Under the pieces are notes generated by a model. That model ran no database searches, was not told where the DNA came from, and was given only the letters and a program-made list of their open reading frames with translations. The translations under genes and the position numbers were made by a program. Positions 43,066 through 58,235 of a DNA stretch of 64,000 nt are shown here, in pieces (positions within the stretch are counted from its first letter, which is position 1; every line of letters begins with the position of its first letter). This DNA is from the human T2T-CHM13v2.0 reference genome, Homo sapiens. The stretch lies in assembly GCF_009914755.1 (NCBI RefSeq), contig NC_060931.1. One strand, written 5' to 3'.

Positions 43066-45609
43066 TGTTATTTCCTGTGTCCTTGACTTATGCTCTGTTT
43101 ACTGTTGTCTTCCTTCTCTTTTTGAGATTAATTTGCTGTCTTTTTATAACAACTTTTTAAGCCAGATGCTTAGCTCATTAGTTTTCAGACTTTGAAAATT
43201 TCCCTTATATACATTTAAATATATAAAATTTCCTCCTCTTGTTCTTTAGTTGTGCTATGAAGTATTTTTATTTTTGTTCAGTTTAGTATTTTCATTATGA
43301 AATGAAATGGCTCTTTGGAAGAACTGTGGTTTTTAATTTACAAATTTGTGGCGATTTACTACTTGTTTTCTTTGTTAGTGATTTCTGGCATAATTGCATA
43401 GGGGCCAGAGTGCATATCCTGTATGTTTCCAGTCCTTTGAAATTTAATGAGACTTGCTATATAACCCAGCTTATTCAATTTTTATAAACATATCATATAT
43501 ATTTGAACAGAATGTGAATTCTTTAGTTGTTGGAGCAGTGTTGTATATTTGTTCAGTTGGTCAGAGTTGCTAATCATATTGCACAAATCTTTATCAATAA
43601 GAATTTTCTGTCTGATTCTCATTACTGAGAAAGATGTTAACACTTTCCACTATGATCATCGAATTATATGTTTCCTATAGTTGGTCCAATTTTACTTTAT
43701 ACATTTTGATGCCATGTTTTTAATTGAAAACAAATTTTAAATTATTTTGAATTAAATCTTTTATTATGAAGTGCCTTTTTATCTCTAGAAATATTTTTGC
43801 TTTAAGGTAAATTGTATTAAGATCTGTTTTCATTTCTTATTTGTATGGCATATCTTTTCCATCTTTTATTTTCAACCTTTATCCCTCTTAAGAGAAATAT
43901 CTCCTATAAATTTTATTTAAATAAAGAAAATTTTATTTTATTAATAAATCATTTGACTTATGATTAGTTTAGAAATTGCAAGTATGCATGATTACCTTAA
44001 CAAAATTGATCAGTGCCTTTTCTCTCTTCCCATGTGAGGATTTAGTAGACTTTCAGCTTCATATTCTCACCTTCTAATTCATTATTCTATTGTTGTCAAT
44101 TGCTCTATTGTTGTCATTTATTTTGATACCATGTTCAAAGACCCTATAAAATATTTGTCTTATACAGCAATTGTTCATTAATTTTACCCAAATATTTACT
44201 GGGTTTTTTTTCTCTTCATTATTGTTTGCGTCTTTAATCTTATGTCTAGGATTGTGTTCATTCCCTGTGCCGTAAGCCCATCCTTTAGAATTTCTTCTAT
44301 AATGCAGCTCAACTCTCTCAGAATTGATGGCCTGAAAATTTTGTCTCCTTTATAGGAGGGTATTTTTGCTAGATGTAGAATTCCAGATTGACACTTACTT
44401 TCTTGAAATACATTTTGAATATCATTCGACTGTTATTAACCAGCTTCCTTGTTGCTGTTGAGAGGTGTGCTATCATTTTCAACTGCCATTTTTTAATATA
44501 ATCTTTTTCCCTCTGACTGTTTAAATATTTTATATTTGTTTTAGATTATTTTGTAGTTACATTAACAAGGCTGTCCGAAACTCCAGTGTGGCAGCCCTGT
44601 TAACTATTGTCTATTTTGGTTTTCTTTCAATTAAATATATGTTGCCTTTGTCTATCATTTATTTTCTCCTTTATCTTTTTTAACTGCACATTTCTGTTTA
44701 ATATTTTAAGCTTCTCTAAACCCTTTATCCCATTTCCACTACTATATTATTTTTAGTGTCTCTTTCTTACACTTTGACCTTCAGTTCTGTGATATTTTCA
44801 ATTTTTTCATTCCTCTTTTCTCTCATTTCTAACAATTCCATTTTTGTTTCCTTTGGTTGTCTTGCCATTTCTTTTCCAACTATTTAGATGTCTACTTTCC
44901 AACTGCTTATATCTCTAATCTGTACTCATGTTTCATAGAGAGAGTTGCTTTTTTTTATTTGTGGAATAAATTTGTGGAAAGGTATTTGGCTACTTTCATC
45001 TATTGCAGGCTACATTTTTCTGTTGAATCAGATTCATTTGCTACTTTAAAAAATTCATTTCTTTTCCTTTTTATATTGTGGCATAATTCCTGGGTTGATT
45101 CTTTTTTAACATTATTAATATTTTAATGTGGTGAATTTTTCCTATTTTTAGAAGCTTCTTGTGAGTTAGGAGGTAGGGCTGTGTTCCAGGATAGCAAGAT
45201 TTTTCCTTATAACACCTTTTTTCTCTTTAAGATTTTGTTTCTTAGCAATGCTCATAATGCAAAAATCTCACTTTTTTCCCCTTTCCCAACTGCCAGACCC
45301 TTTTTCTGAAACATGGTTTTTTTTTTTTTCATAATTTTTGCTCATTTATGCCTTTGTGCCTTTGTGTATGCTGTATTCTCTTTCCTATTACTTTCCTTTT
45401 TATATAATTCAGTTCCAGTGCATTCTTCAAAGCCAACTCTTTCAAGGTATCTTCTTTCATTATATTCTCACTGAATCACTCCTTCCTCCTCTTAACTCCT
45501 ATTTGCCTTGGTGCTATATTTCTCATTTTGTTCATAAAAGATTGTTAATTTTCTGTCAAGTACATTTCCAAACACTGCATCATTGTCATCATCATCATCA
45601 TCATCGTAA

Positions 45610-45830
45610 GTAACATACATCTGAGAGCTTGACAATGTGCCGTTTATTCTCCTAGGCCTTTTACGTGAATTTATTTAATTTTCATACTTACCTTCTAGGT
45701 TAAGTATTGTTGTTATTTCCGTCTAATATATGAGAATGATTAATTTGCTTAAGATGGTGTATCTAGTAAGTGACAGAGCTAAGATTTGAATTCAGGTAGT
45801 CTGGTGCCAAAAATCCATACTCTCTATCTC
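45610..45830 (-). mobile_element. MIR, preceded by (CAT)n at 45587-45606
   Basis: taagtattgttgttatttcc...ctagtaagtgacagagctaagatttgaattcaggtagtctg. Confidence 0.72.
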
Positions 45831-46279
45831 TAAGCTTTACCGTCTTAGTAAATATTTACTAGTTCAGTGTCATAATATTGACTATTATATTCTTACTGGT
45901 ATAATATTGCCCTTTTTTTCAGAATTTGGACAAACTGATGAAATCAGCTTCTTAAAAATTCTTTCTGATCTAATCATTCTTGAATGGTCAAAAAGGATTT
46001 TATGCTCTATAAGTTATTTACCTATACATGCATTTTAAATTATTTCTTTTGTATGTAATCTCTATTTTGGTGCAAAATCAAATTTGATAAAAGTTTGAGT
46101 TTACCAAATATAAATACATACAACTAGGCAGCAGTACTATAATCTATGTGGATTTTTTTGGTTTTGTTTTCTTTTTAATTCTGGGCAAGAGATTTGAAAT
46201 TTTTTCCCCTTTTGGTGAAAGCTTCCTAAATCATGTTTTTTAAATCATGTTGTATGTGTATGTGGGCATGTGTGTGCAG

Positions 46280-46390
46280 GCAGGATTTCTGTGTTGCCCA
46301 GACTGGTTTTGAACTCCTGGCCTTGAATGATCCTCCTGCCTTAGCCTCCCAAAACCCTAGGATTACAGGTGTGAGCCACCAGGCTGGGCC
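46280..46390 (-). mobile_element. Alu left-monomer (FLAM-like) fragment
   Basis: gttgcccagactggttttgaactcctggcc...gtgagccacc. Confidence 0.8.
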
Positions 46391-47894
46391 ATCATGTGCT
46401 TTTTTAAGAGAGTATCCACTATTATTGGAGAAAAGAACAGCTTGTGCTCAGTGAGGACTGTATGAAATATATTTATTATAGTCATAATTATAGGAGAAAA
46501 AATGAAGTGATATTGGACCTGGAGACTCTAGTTAAATAGTTTAAAAATTATTAACAACTAGTTCTTAGTGTGCTTTCTCCTAGTGATATTTTAATTTCTT
46601 TTGGATAGTTTTAATTTTATCTGACTGTTCTGATCTCTTGCTTTAGATTTTTGTCAAAAATAGACTTACAGAAATATTAGCAACTGCCTGACTTCTTCTT
46701 TAAACAGAAATAATTTTTGAACTCACATGGTTCACAGGCATCTTTAAATTTCTTATTTACTAATTTGTTTCTAAGATTTTCAAACAGTGTAATGGATGTC
46801 ATATTTTTATAGATGAGAATATCATTGTTTCAATAGAGAGGCTGACTTTTGCTGAATTATATATCTAAAGCAAGCCTACCAAGGCAAAAGGCCTTATTAG
46901 CAAGCGTTTGCAAGAATTAGAAATAATAGGGAGCATGGAGATTATTTGGGATGCAGAGGTGTCAACTCTTTGTTTTTAGGTTGCGAAAGTTGCAGGAAGT
47001 TCTTTTACATTAAAACAAGGTAGTAAAAGCAATGCATTTTTTTAACCTTTACCCTGCTTTAGTATTTGCAGTATTTACTGACTTTTTGCAAGAATTTTGA
47101 AAAGTCTCAAAGGCAAAGAAGAAAGGAAATTTGGTGAGCGTGCCTGTAGGATGGAGGTTTCCAGTTAAAGCCAGCTGAAAAGTCTTGAAAGCGAAAGGGT
47201 TGGTTACAACTGAGCTTCATAATTACCCAGAAAAGAAAGATTAGGGGGAGTGCTCTAAATTGGTTGGTCTCTGGTGAATATATAAATCGCAGAAAACAGT
47301 TTTACTTTTAAATTGAGTCACATGACAGAGTTTAATAGTAAAAGTAACTTTATAAATTATGATCTATTTGGGTGCATGTAAAAGCTAGGGTTTCTAGCTT
47401 AAAAAGTAAGGAAATGTTATTGTAGCACATAGCAAGAAGTCCAGAGGTAAGGCAGATTTCATGGTTGGTTGATTCAGTGATCATTTCTTTCTTTCTCTGT
47501 GCTGTATCATCATTATAGAATTGACTGCATTCTTGTACTTCGACAAATTGGCTTTAATATTTGTATACATTACATGCAGATATTCCAGAGGAATAAAAGT
47601 AGATTTTTTTTTCTGTATGTCTCTTTAGAAGTAAGGAAAAATTGCCTAGAAGTCTCCCAGAAGATTCCTCATGTTTCATTAGCCAAAATTGGGTTCCATA
47701 CTGTTCTTAAACTAATCTTTGTTGAGGGCCATGGGAGTAGGGCTTCATAATTATTTAGGTGTGTATGTGGGGGGATGTATGTAGGGAGTTCAGTCTCCAT
47801 ACCATTACAGTAACTAGTGTAACAACTTAAGTAGATTATGAGTTTATCAATACAGCAGAATCAGGAGTAAGGAAAACATGGTAGAACTTTAGTA

Positions 47895-48090
47895 CCAGCC
47901 CCACCATTTAAGAGCTGTGTGATTTTGGTTAAGTTTCTTACTTTTTTTAAATACAAATTTCTGGATTTATAAAACGGAGATGATAATGTGTAGTTCATAG
48001 GATTGTTTTTAGAATTAAATGAGATGAGACAGCATAAATTCTAACATTTGGTAAGTGTTCCATAAGTATAGTTTTATTACTGCTGTTAGT
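47895..48090 (+). mobile_element. MIR
   Basis: agctgtgtgattttggttaagtttctta...ggattgtttttagaattaaatgagat. Confidence 0.7.
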
Positions 48091-48901
48091 ACTTTTATCT
48101 TTATGTAGTTTTGTACTCAAAACTGTATAATAATGGAATTCACATGTTAAAGTTAGTGTTCCCTTTTCCTGAAAATGTGTCAAGGACCTAGACCAAAATT
48201 ATTGGAGCTCTATTTTCTTCTCTAGTTCTCTTGGATATGGGTGGCAAAAAGTACTGGCACAAAGCACTGTTGGGGGAAAGAGATTAGGATCCAATGAATC
48301 CATGTCATTATAGGATGTAAAGATTAAGAATTTCATAGTTGAAATAAAGACAAGTGGTGGGAGATCACAAAAAGAAAATATAATTCTCCTAATCTTTAGT
48401 TATCCTTTCCTCTTCTTAATTATATTTATGATAATGATAGAAATGATTTTTTAAAGATATATAAGATCTTTTTTCAATGAAGTAGAACATTTATTCAGAT
48501 TATTTATTTTTATTTTCTCCTGCTTCTATTTTGCAGCCTTAAATTGTCTTATGACTTTTTTTCCCCTCCCAGTTCACTCCCTTTTCCTTCTTTCAAGGTC
48601 TCTAACCCTCTGATAATGTCACATACGTGTCCGTTGAATGCAACAGTGACTTTGTATCTAATACATACAGTGATGATGAGAAACATAGTACGTTTAATAT
48701 GAGCTTCCCCTAAAGCAATTTGTTTGCATGGTTGTGTCAATTAATATTTTACTATTTATATTTGAGGTAGCATGAAGTGAAATTGAAGTGATGCATATTT
48801 TATGAAAATGTGCTTTTGTATTAGTGACATATTAGTAATTTCTTTTAATGTAGCCTTTTAAATTTTAATTTTTTTCTATAATAAATAATGTAAGTAGTTA
48901 A

Positions 48902-49078
<177 letters not shown>

Positions 49079-49122
49079 TAGTTCAAGTATCATAGTACTA
49101 AGTTAATAAAAAAGAAGATGTT

Positions 49123-49779
<657 letters not shown>

Positions 49780-51167
49780 CTAGGTGGCACAATTCATTTG
49801 TTATATTAAAATTTTCTTTTTAAACCTTTTTGATTTACTGCCGTAACAGAAGGTTGGGCAGCTTTTACACAGAATATCATTATAAACTGCTTTGTTAGAG
49901 GCATGGTGTAAAATTATAGGCTGTGTTGTAATGCCATACACATGTTCTTGAAAACCTTAAGTTATGCAAAATTATTTGCTAAACCTAGCAAGGCATATAA
50001 GAAAAATAGAAAGGCAGAAGACCATTCTAAATCTGTGGAACTTTATAACCAGCTACTAATAAAAACTAGTGTAATAATTGTAATAAAAATAAATATCAGT
50101 ACATTTAAATTAGGTATTTATATTGAACATCATAGTGTGTTTAGAGACTTAAGCCCTGGGCTCATGCCTCTGTCTTTGAAATGTAGATCCTAGAGGGCAT
50201 TTGCTTCTAATAAAGACTGTTTTCATCAAAACTTGAAATCGGATCCAGAGTATAGTCTTCTTCATGAATACCTTATTTTCATATAAGGGGGGAGGTTTTG
50301 TCACTTCTTCATCTGTACTCACTGCTTTGCCAGATAATTAACATAGTGGAAAGTGTAGCAATTTCTTAATGCAACTGTTTGTGTTAAAGGAAGGCAGTTC
50401 TATGGATACTGAGCTTTTTTCATTGTGGTCTTCATATATTACTAAGGACTTCTCTTTAGTTGTGAGAAAGCTTTCTCCTGATAGTATTGCATATTAATAT
50501 GCAGGGGAAAATTGCTTAAGAACCTCCATAATTGATGTTACATGAACATCATTCTCCTATTTTATCAGTCATGTATGAGGTAATTTTCTTCAAAGACACA
50601 CATATTATAGCAAACAGACAGTAATTGTGTATTTGCAAACTAATGGATTCAACATATAAAATACAAACATACTGAAAATGAATTCATTTTAGTGCTTTCT
50701 TTTTTCCCTCAGACCTCTCAGGGGTGAATATGCTTTCTAAATCTATTCTTAAAGATGGCGATACGGTACTGACTGATGAGGGAAGGAAAGAAGAAAAGGG
50801 CAAAGCTTCAATGATAATAAATTGCACAATCTAAAGGCTTAACTATTAGGATAAAGGATTTGGAGGGAACTTCTGGATGATTAGCCGCTGAATACAGTAG
50901 TAATGAAAAGCTTCAGTTTTGTATCTTATTTTCTGTATATAAGAACTGACATTTCAGTCATTTTCATAGCACCCTTGTAAAATTAGTATAAAATTGGATA
51001 TTCTCAATTTTACATTAGGAGAAAGCCAATACAGGGAAACTTATTAGCCAAAGTAATATATTTCAACTAATAGGAGAATTATGAAGAAAGCCTTAGGCTT
51101 TCTAGTTCATATCAAGTAAGACATTAGAATCTTACAACCTTTTGAACTACTGAAATTAATTTATAAC

Positions 51168-51460
<293 letters not shown>

Positions 51461-52163
51461 ATAACTTTATTTATGTAAGATTTGGTGTAAAGTAAGATTA
51501 GATACAAGTTGAATAATAGTGTTCTCTTTTGGAAGTTTAAATAAAGTTTTACTGATTGTATTTAAACCTGCCTATTAAGCTCTGTGATGGAAATAAGAAT
51601 CAAAGTGAAGTAAATCTTAGATTTCCTCAGTCAGTTCTTACATAAAATAGTTGGTAAATTAGGTGGGAACTGATTGCTGAAATATTGGCACAAAATTAAT
51701 ACATTATACATTATACAAAGTTATATAAAATAATTACACAAAGTACAAAATTATACAAAAATTTTACAAAATAATTGTATACATTATACAAAATTAATAT
51801 CATTAATATAAAACTTGATAGCATCTTTGTTTTCAGTAAATAGTTTGATAACTCGACTTTAAAACTGCTCATCATACTAATGAACTATGCCTAGAATATA
51901 TACGGGAGATCTAATTTTGTAATTGTTTTTGACCTTCACTTTGGCACTCAAGTAGCTTAGAGATTTTTGTTTTATGTTTTTGTATAATATTCTGTGTCTT
52001 TGCTGGTTTGTGGCATTGATCATAAATAAATCAAAAATAACTTCCAAGTTCATTAATGTCCTGAAAGCATTTGGAAAAAAGAACAAGATTATTATAAACA
52101 CAGATTTGAGTCATACTGTTACTTTTATGAGTCCTTTTACTTATTAATATTTTGAAAAAATAA

Positions 52164-52337
<174 letters not shown>

Positions 52338-53587
52338 TAGCAGTTGCAGTGGAAAGCAAAATCTTCATTGGCTACAGGCATCGTCTAAACCAGGCAGTGG
52401 CAGGTAAGGAAGGGGCGGGGGGTGGGGGGCTCTTACACAAATGAAATTAGATTACCTAAAAAAAGTTTAACATGCGGCCTTTTATGTGTGTCTGTATGTG
52501 TGTGTATGTGTCTAGTTTATATGTGTTGTATTTTCATGGAAAACTGGTGTATTTCTGGATTTTTGTTGCACTTATATAGTAGAGTAATATGGGAATTACT
52601 GGAATAAAGAGAACTAAGATATATTTTTAGAGGAAGCAGATATCAAATTAGGCAGCTAAGTGTTGGTAAGTCCATTAATTGCTAAAAACTGTTCACAAGC
52701 CTGTAAATAATTTAGTTGTTGTTTTTTGTTTGGTTTTGTTTTTTTTTTTCCTGTCTTTTAAATTTTGTTCTGAAGCTTGGTAGCAAACTTTTTTTTAAGT
52801 TTCTAAAACCTAGGAAAACTTAATTACCATAATATTTAGAGGTTAATGCCAACATTATAATAGGTCTCAGATTAGCAGCTTAAAAAGCAAATAATACCAA
52901 TAATCTACCATAGCTATATTTTATTATTGGATTTTAGAAAACTTTACTGCATAGAATACCACTCTTTCCAGGCGTAATGAATGCTCAATTATACTGTGTG
53001 TTATGCCAACTCATAGTGCTTCGGGAATAAAATAATTGCTTGGAGACTCATATTCTAAAATAATTAAGAATAAAAATGGTTACAATGTAGACACTAAGTC
53101 TTCTTGACATGAATTTATTTTCATAATTTTTGTAAGAAGAGAAATTATAATTTTTAATTTAAAATTAAAAGCTAAATTTCTATGATAACCTCTGAACTGG
53201 TTTGAGACTGTTATTAGGGTCTCTTTGGAAAAGGTTCATTTTTAAGGTATAGGAATTCACTTTCTTAATTTTGGTCCCTCTTTCCAAATGCCTTTCTGCC
53301 CTGCAGAAATAGGCTTGAATTAGCTATAGAGTCTTAGGCATCTTTTTTTCTGCCTGAGAGTATAATAAATATTCATATGCTTATTTACTAAAGAGCTAGA
53401 TTTATATACAAACTGGTTTTTTATCCAGAATAATTATTTATGAATATAGACATGAAAATTTGTTTTTAGATTGTCTACACAGTAGCTTCCCCTTTTTTTG
53501 AACATAGAGTAGAATTTGTAATGCTTTTCTTTTTTCTCCATCAGTACTATAAGGAAAATATTATTAAACACCCCTCCCCTGCCCAAC

Positions 53588-53718
53588 CTTTTTTTAAAAT
53601 AGAGATGAGGTTTTGCCATGTTGCCCAGGCTGGTCTTGAACTCCTGGGCTCAAGCAGTCCGCCTGCTGCAACCTCGCAAAGTGCTTGTATTACAGGTGTG
53701 AGCTACCATGTCCGGCCC
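53588..53718 (-). mobile_element. FLAM_C-like monomer
   Basis: agagatgaggttttgccatgttgcccaggctggtcttgaactcctgggctcaag. Confidence 0.85.
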
Positions 53719-54144
53719 ACCCTTTCAAACAAATTTGGTTGTAGTTTGCTATAATAATATACTAAATCTATGTTTATTTGAAAGGAGCCTTTACCTTTTA
53801 AAGCAAAATGCACTTTCCTTAAATATAAAAGTAATATGGTTTACTTTAACATTTAAAGTTCACCTTATCTGGGGAGGCAGAAGGAATTTTCATAGTGCTT
53901 ACTGTGTTAATTATTATGAGAGATGAACCATATGTGATAGGTAAAGTACATGTGTAAGAAAGACAAAAAAATTTTCCTCTTTTTATAATCCATGAAATTC
54001 GAAAACAGAAAATTATTCAAAGAATAGGCAAATGTCATGACAGAACTTAGTGTGAGCAAGTCATTGAGAATTAAAATCTAACTTTTCAGGTCAGAGAGCC
54101 TTGAAATACTTACAATAAAGTTATAAAGGCCTAGGTATTTTTCT

Positions 54145-54205
54145 TTCTTTTTTTTTTTTTGAGATGGAGTCTTGCTCTGTCGCCCAGGCTGGAGTGCAGT
54201 GGCGC
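54145..54205 (-). mobile_element. Severely 5'-truncated Alu (about 45 bp plus tail)
   Basis: TSD aaaggcctag(g/a)tatttttct at 54125-44 and 54206-25. Confidence 0.9.
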
Positions 54206-54317
54206 AAAGGCCTAGATATTTTTCTATAATATTTTTGTTTTATGCATTAGGGGTAGGATTTCAGCAAAGTCTTGATGGTCAGGGTCCTTACCCCTACTCC
54301 CTTTAAAAAAATATTTC

Positions 54318-54626
54318 AGCTAGGCACAGTGACTGTCTCGTGACTGTAGTTGCAACACTTTGGGAAGCCAAAGGGGGAGGATCCCTTGATCCCACAAGTT
54401 CAAGACCAGCCTAGGCAGCATAGTGAGACCCCCATCTCTATAAGAAATAAAAAAATCAGCTGGATGTGGTGGTGTATGCCTGTAGTCTCAGCTACTCGAG
54501 AGGCTGAGTCAGAAGGATTGCTTGAGCCCAGGATTGGAGGCTACAGTGAGCCATCATCACACCACTGCACACCTGCCTGGGCAACAAAGCGCAACCCTGT
54601 CAAAAAAAAAAAAAAAAAAAAAAAAC
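54318..54626 (+). mobile_element. AluJ (diverged)
   Basis: Dimer with long A tail. Confidence 0.88.
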
Positions 54627-55677
54627 TCAAAGAGGAAAAATGTTATTTGAGTAACTACTAGATTTACTTTAGAAATTATAAGAAAGCGTAGCGAGAATGA
54701 CTATTGTAGTCATGGAATTTTACTCCAGATGGGACCTTTAAAAGAGTAATCTCTTTTTGATAGCTTCTAAGGATTTATTATAGGTTAGTGAAGGTGTACA
54801 AAGAAAAATCGGCCTATATCCACACTTCAATATTGACACTAGTTTATAGAAAGCTACAGAAGTACTTTAGAAATACACTTTTAAGCAAATATTTCTACCA
54901 AAGAAAATCTGGGGAATTATCCTGTTAGTAGATATTTTAGTTAGAGCCATTTTGTACCTATTTGGAGTGCTTTCTTTTTTTCTTTTATTCGTTATGAATT
55001 CTGGGTCAAACTTTATTTAGGCCCATGGTTGATGACAAAACTAGATTTTTCAGCCTTTAAAAGAAATCATGGGTGGTCATTTAATATACAGTTGTCTGTT
55101 GCTCAAGTTCTCATGCTTTTCAGTATGTTACCATTGCCACATATAGTGTGGAAACAGTACTAACTATACGTGGACATTGAGGTCGAAAGGATTTCACCAG
55201 ATTCAGGTGGTCCTTGATATCAGTAATAGAGATGGCATATAAAACATTTGGAGGTGGAATTCCTCTTCTGTTTTTTTGTTTTTATTTTTTACGTTCAAAA
55301 AATATGTTTCCAAGAAGAGCTATCTGAAACCTTTTGTCGACATTTTGATATCTTAGTACAGAAATAGGGATAGAAGTGATGATTCGTTTTAAATTTATCA
55401 TTCACTATAGAGGGGAAGACTAGAAGGACACATACCAAAATATTGACGTTAGTTACGTCTGGTGGTACAATTACCAGTGATTTAAAATTTTTTTATTTAA
55501 AATGTATTTTTAAAATTTCTACTTAATTATAAGTTGGAGAAAATTTTACTCAACAGCATTCTTTTTAGGAAAAGAACTGTATTTATTTGTGAAGGTGCTT
55601 TGGAGTACAAAGTAAAATACTGAGACCTGATTGTAGAAGGAACTATTTTTGTAACACTAAGAGAAATTGTCTCGTTA

Positions 55678-56024
<347 letters not shown>

Positions 56025-56025
56025 T

Positions 56026-56242
56026 CAGGGGTGTTCAATCTTTTGGCTTCCCTGGGCCACATTGGAAGAAGAATTGTCTTGGACCACACATAAAATACAC
56101 TAACAATAGCTTATGAGCTTACAAAAAAAATCACAAAAAAAGTCTCTTAATGTTTTAAGTAAGTTTACAAATTTGTCTTGGGCCACATTGAAAGCCATCC
56201 TGGGCCTCATGCAGCCCATGGGCCACAGGTTGGACAAGCTTG
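56026..56242. mobile_element. MER30 hAT MITE
   Basis: caggggtgttcaatcttttggcttccctgggccacattggaagaag...ggttggacaagcttg; 8-bp TSD agataaat/agataagt. Confidence 0.92.
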
Positions 56243-56818
56243 AGATAAGTGGTAGTAGAGCCAGCAGGATGGCAGAATGCCACATTTCATGACATGACTC
56301 TGTCTTTACTCACCAAATTCTTAGAAGTTTTCTCTAGTAAAATTGATTTGGGAGTTGATTTTTATTTACTTATTTTTTGGTAGATACTGGTGAGACAATT
56401 AGGTTTGGGGTTCAAACTGAGGTAGGACAGTAGTGAGGCAACTTCTGTGGATTCCAATGTCTGGAAGCAGAAATATGAGGAAACATGCCCTGGAACTCAA
56501 TAGGAAAAGCTCTGAACTTTCACAAGACTGAAATTATGGTTCAGGTTAAATTAAACAGGTCTCTAGTTGTGACTGGGTAATCCAGGACTCTGATCAAGAG
56601 AAAACAAAAGAAATCAGAAAATACTATTCAGAAGTCTAACAACTTTCATGCCTTGGCATTCCCAATCTTTTATTTCAGCTAGCTATTGCTGTCGATTTTT
56701 TGTTCTGTTCTCAGTCCTTTGGCTATTTCATGTTTGTTTACATGAAGCTTCATGAATAGATTTTAAGGGAGCCCATGATAGTCTTTAAACGGTGTGCAAA
56801 ATTTTTGTTTTTGTGTAG

Positions 56819-57181
<363 letters not shown>

Positions 57182-57399
57182 TAAAGGACTTAATCCCTAT
57201 CTTAATTGACATTTTATGGTAAGTACTGCTGAACCAGGTATTCAAATAAAGTGTCTTCATACAGGTGATATTCATTATTGAACTGATATTATTACAAAGT
57301 AAAACATTGCCACCTTTCTACTACTCTTGGTTTTTTTTCCAGAATTTTTGTTGCTAGATCAGAGGTATGTGAGAAAGAGAGTGGGAAGAGGTGAAGTCA

Positions 57400-58235
57400 G
57401 AGAAAGAGAGTGGGAAAAGGTGAAATCAGAGAAATAGCTGGGGGCACAAACTGTGTTGAGTTTTTTAGGACTTTGTTTAGGACTTTAACCTACATGCAGA
57501 GTGAAGTGGGAAGCCATTGTTGGGTTTAAGAAATGCTATGAACTGACCTTGCATTTTAACAAAACAAATTGAGTGAAGGGCAGCGAGTCCTTTAAGGATC
57601 CTATTGCTCACCTGAGAAGTGATTATAGCATTGGCTTATACTAGAATGGTAGTAGTAATGTTGAAAATTGGTCACATTTTGGATGTATTTTAAAAGGTAT
57701 CATATAAATGCTAAATGACGAGTTGATGGGTGCAGTACACCAACATGGCAAATGTATACATGTGTAACAAACCTGCGTGTTGTGCACATGTACCCTAAAA
57801 CTTAAAGTATAATTAAAAAAAAAAAAGATAGTATGTGGAATGAGCCCATCAGCTGGCTGCTTATGAAAGAGTAGCTATTAGTGAGTATGAGAAGGTGAAA
57901 GAGAAAAAGAGAGAGGGGGAGCACATGGTGGCAGGGAGAGAGAGAGAAACTAGAAAAAAAAAGGTATCATATAGAGCTGACAGGATTTTTTGATGAACTG
58001 GATGAGAAGTGTGAGAAAAAGAAGCTAAGGATGACTTAAAGTTTTGACCTGAGCAATTAGAAAAATGGTGTAACCATTCTCTAAGATGGGTACAACAAGA
58101 GGATCCAATATGGTAATATGGTGGGTTGTTCAGCAACTTGATTTTAGACAAGTTAAGTCTGAGATGCCAATTAGACATCTACATAGGTATGTCAAGTAAG
58201 CAGTTGGATATATTAGTTTGAGGTTCAGGAGATAG
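57400..58235 (-). mobile_element. L2 fragment, interrupted by the L1PA insertion at 57707-57958
   Basis: gagtgaagtgggaagccatt...ggatgtatttt...gacaggatttt.tgatg...gagatgccaattagacatc...gcagttggatata. Confidence 0.75.
57707..57826 (+). mobile_element. Young L1PA (PA2-PA4-like) extreme 3' end with A tail
   Basis: aatgctaaatgacgagttgatgggtgcag...gtgcacatgtaccctaaaacttaaagtataat(t)A12. Confidence 0.92.

Noticed and set aside
51695-51815. Degenerate ATACA/TTATACAAA repeat
   Set aside because: Low-complexity AT-rich slippage tract with no further structure.
52378-52403. 26-nt micro-exon using ctacAG at 52376-77 and the 52403 donor
   Set aside because: The intron from exon 8 would be only 45 nt, below the usual human minimum; treated instead as an alternative donor.
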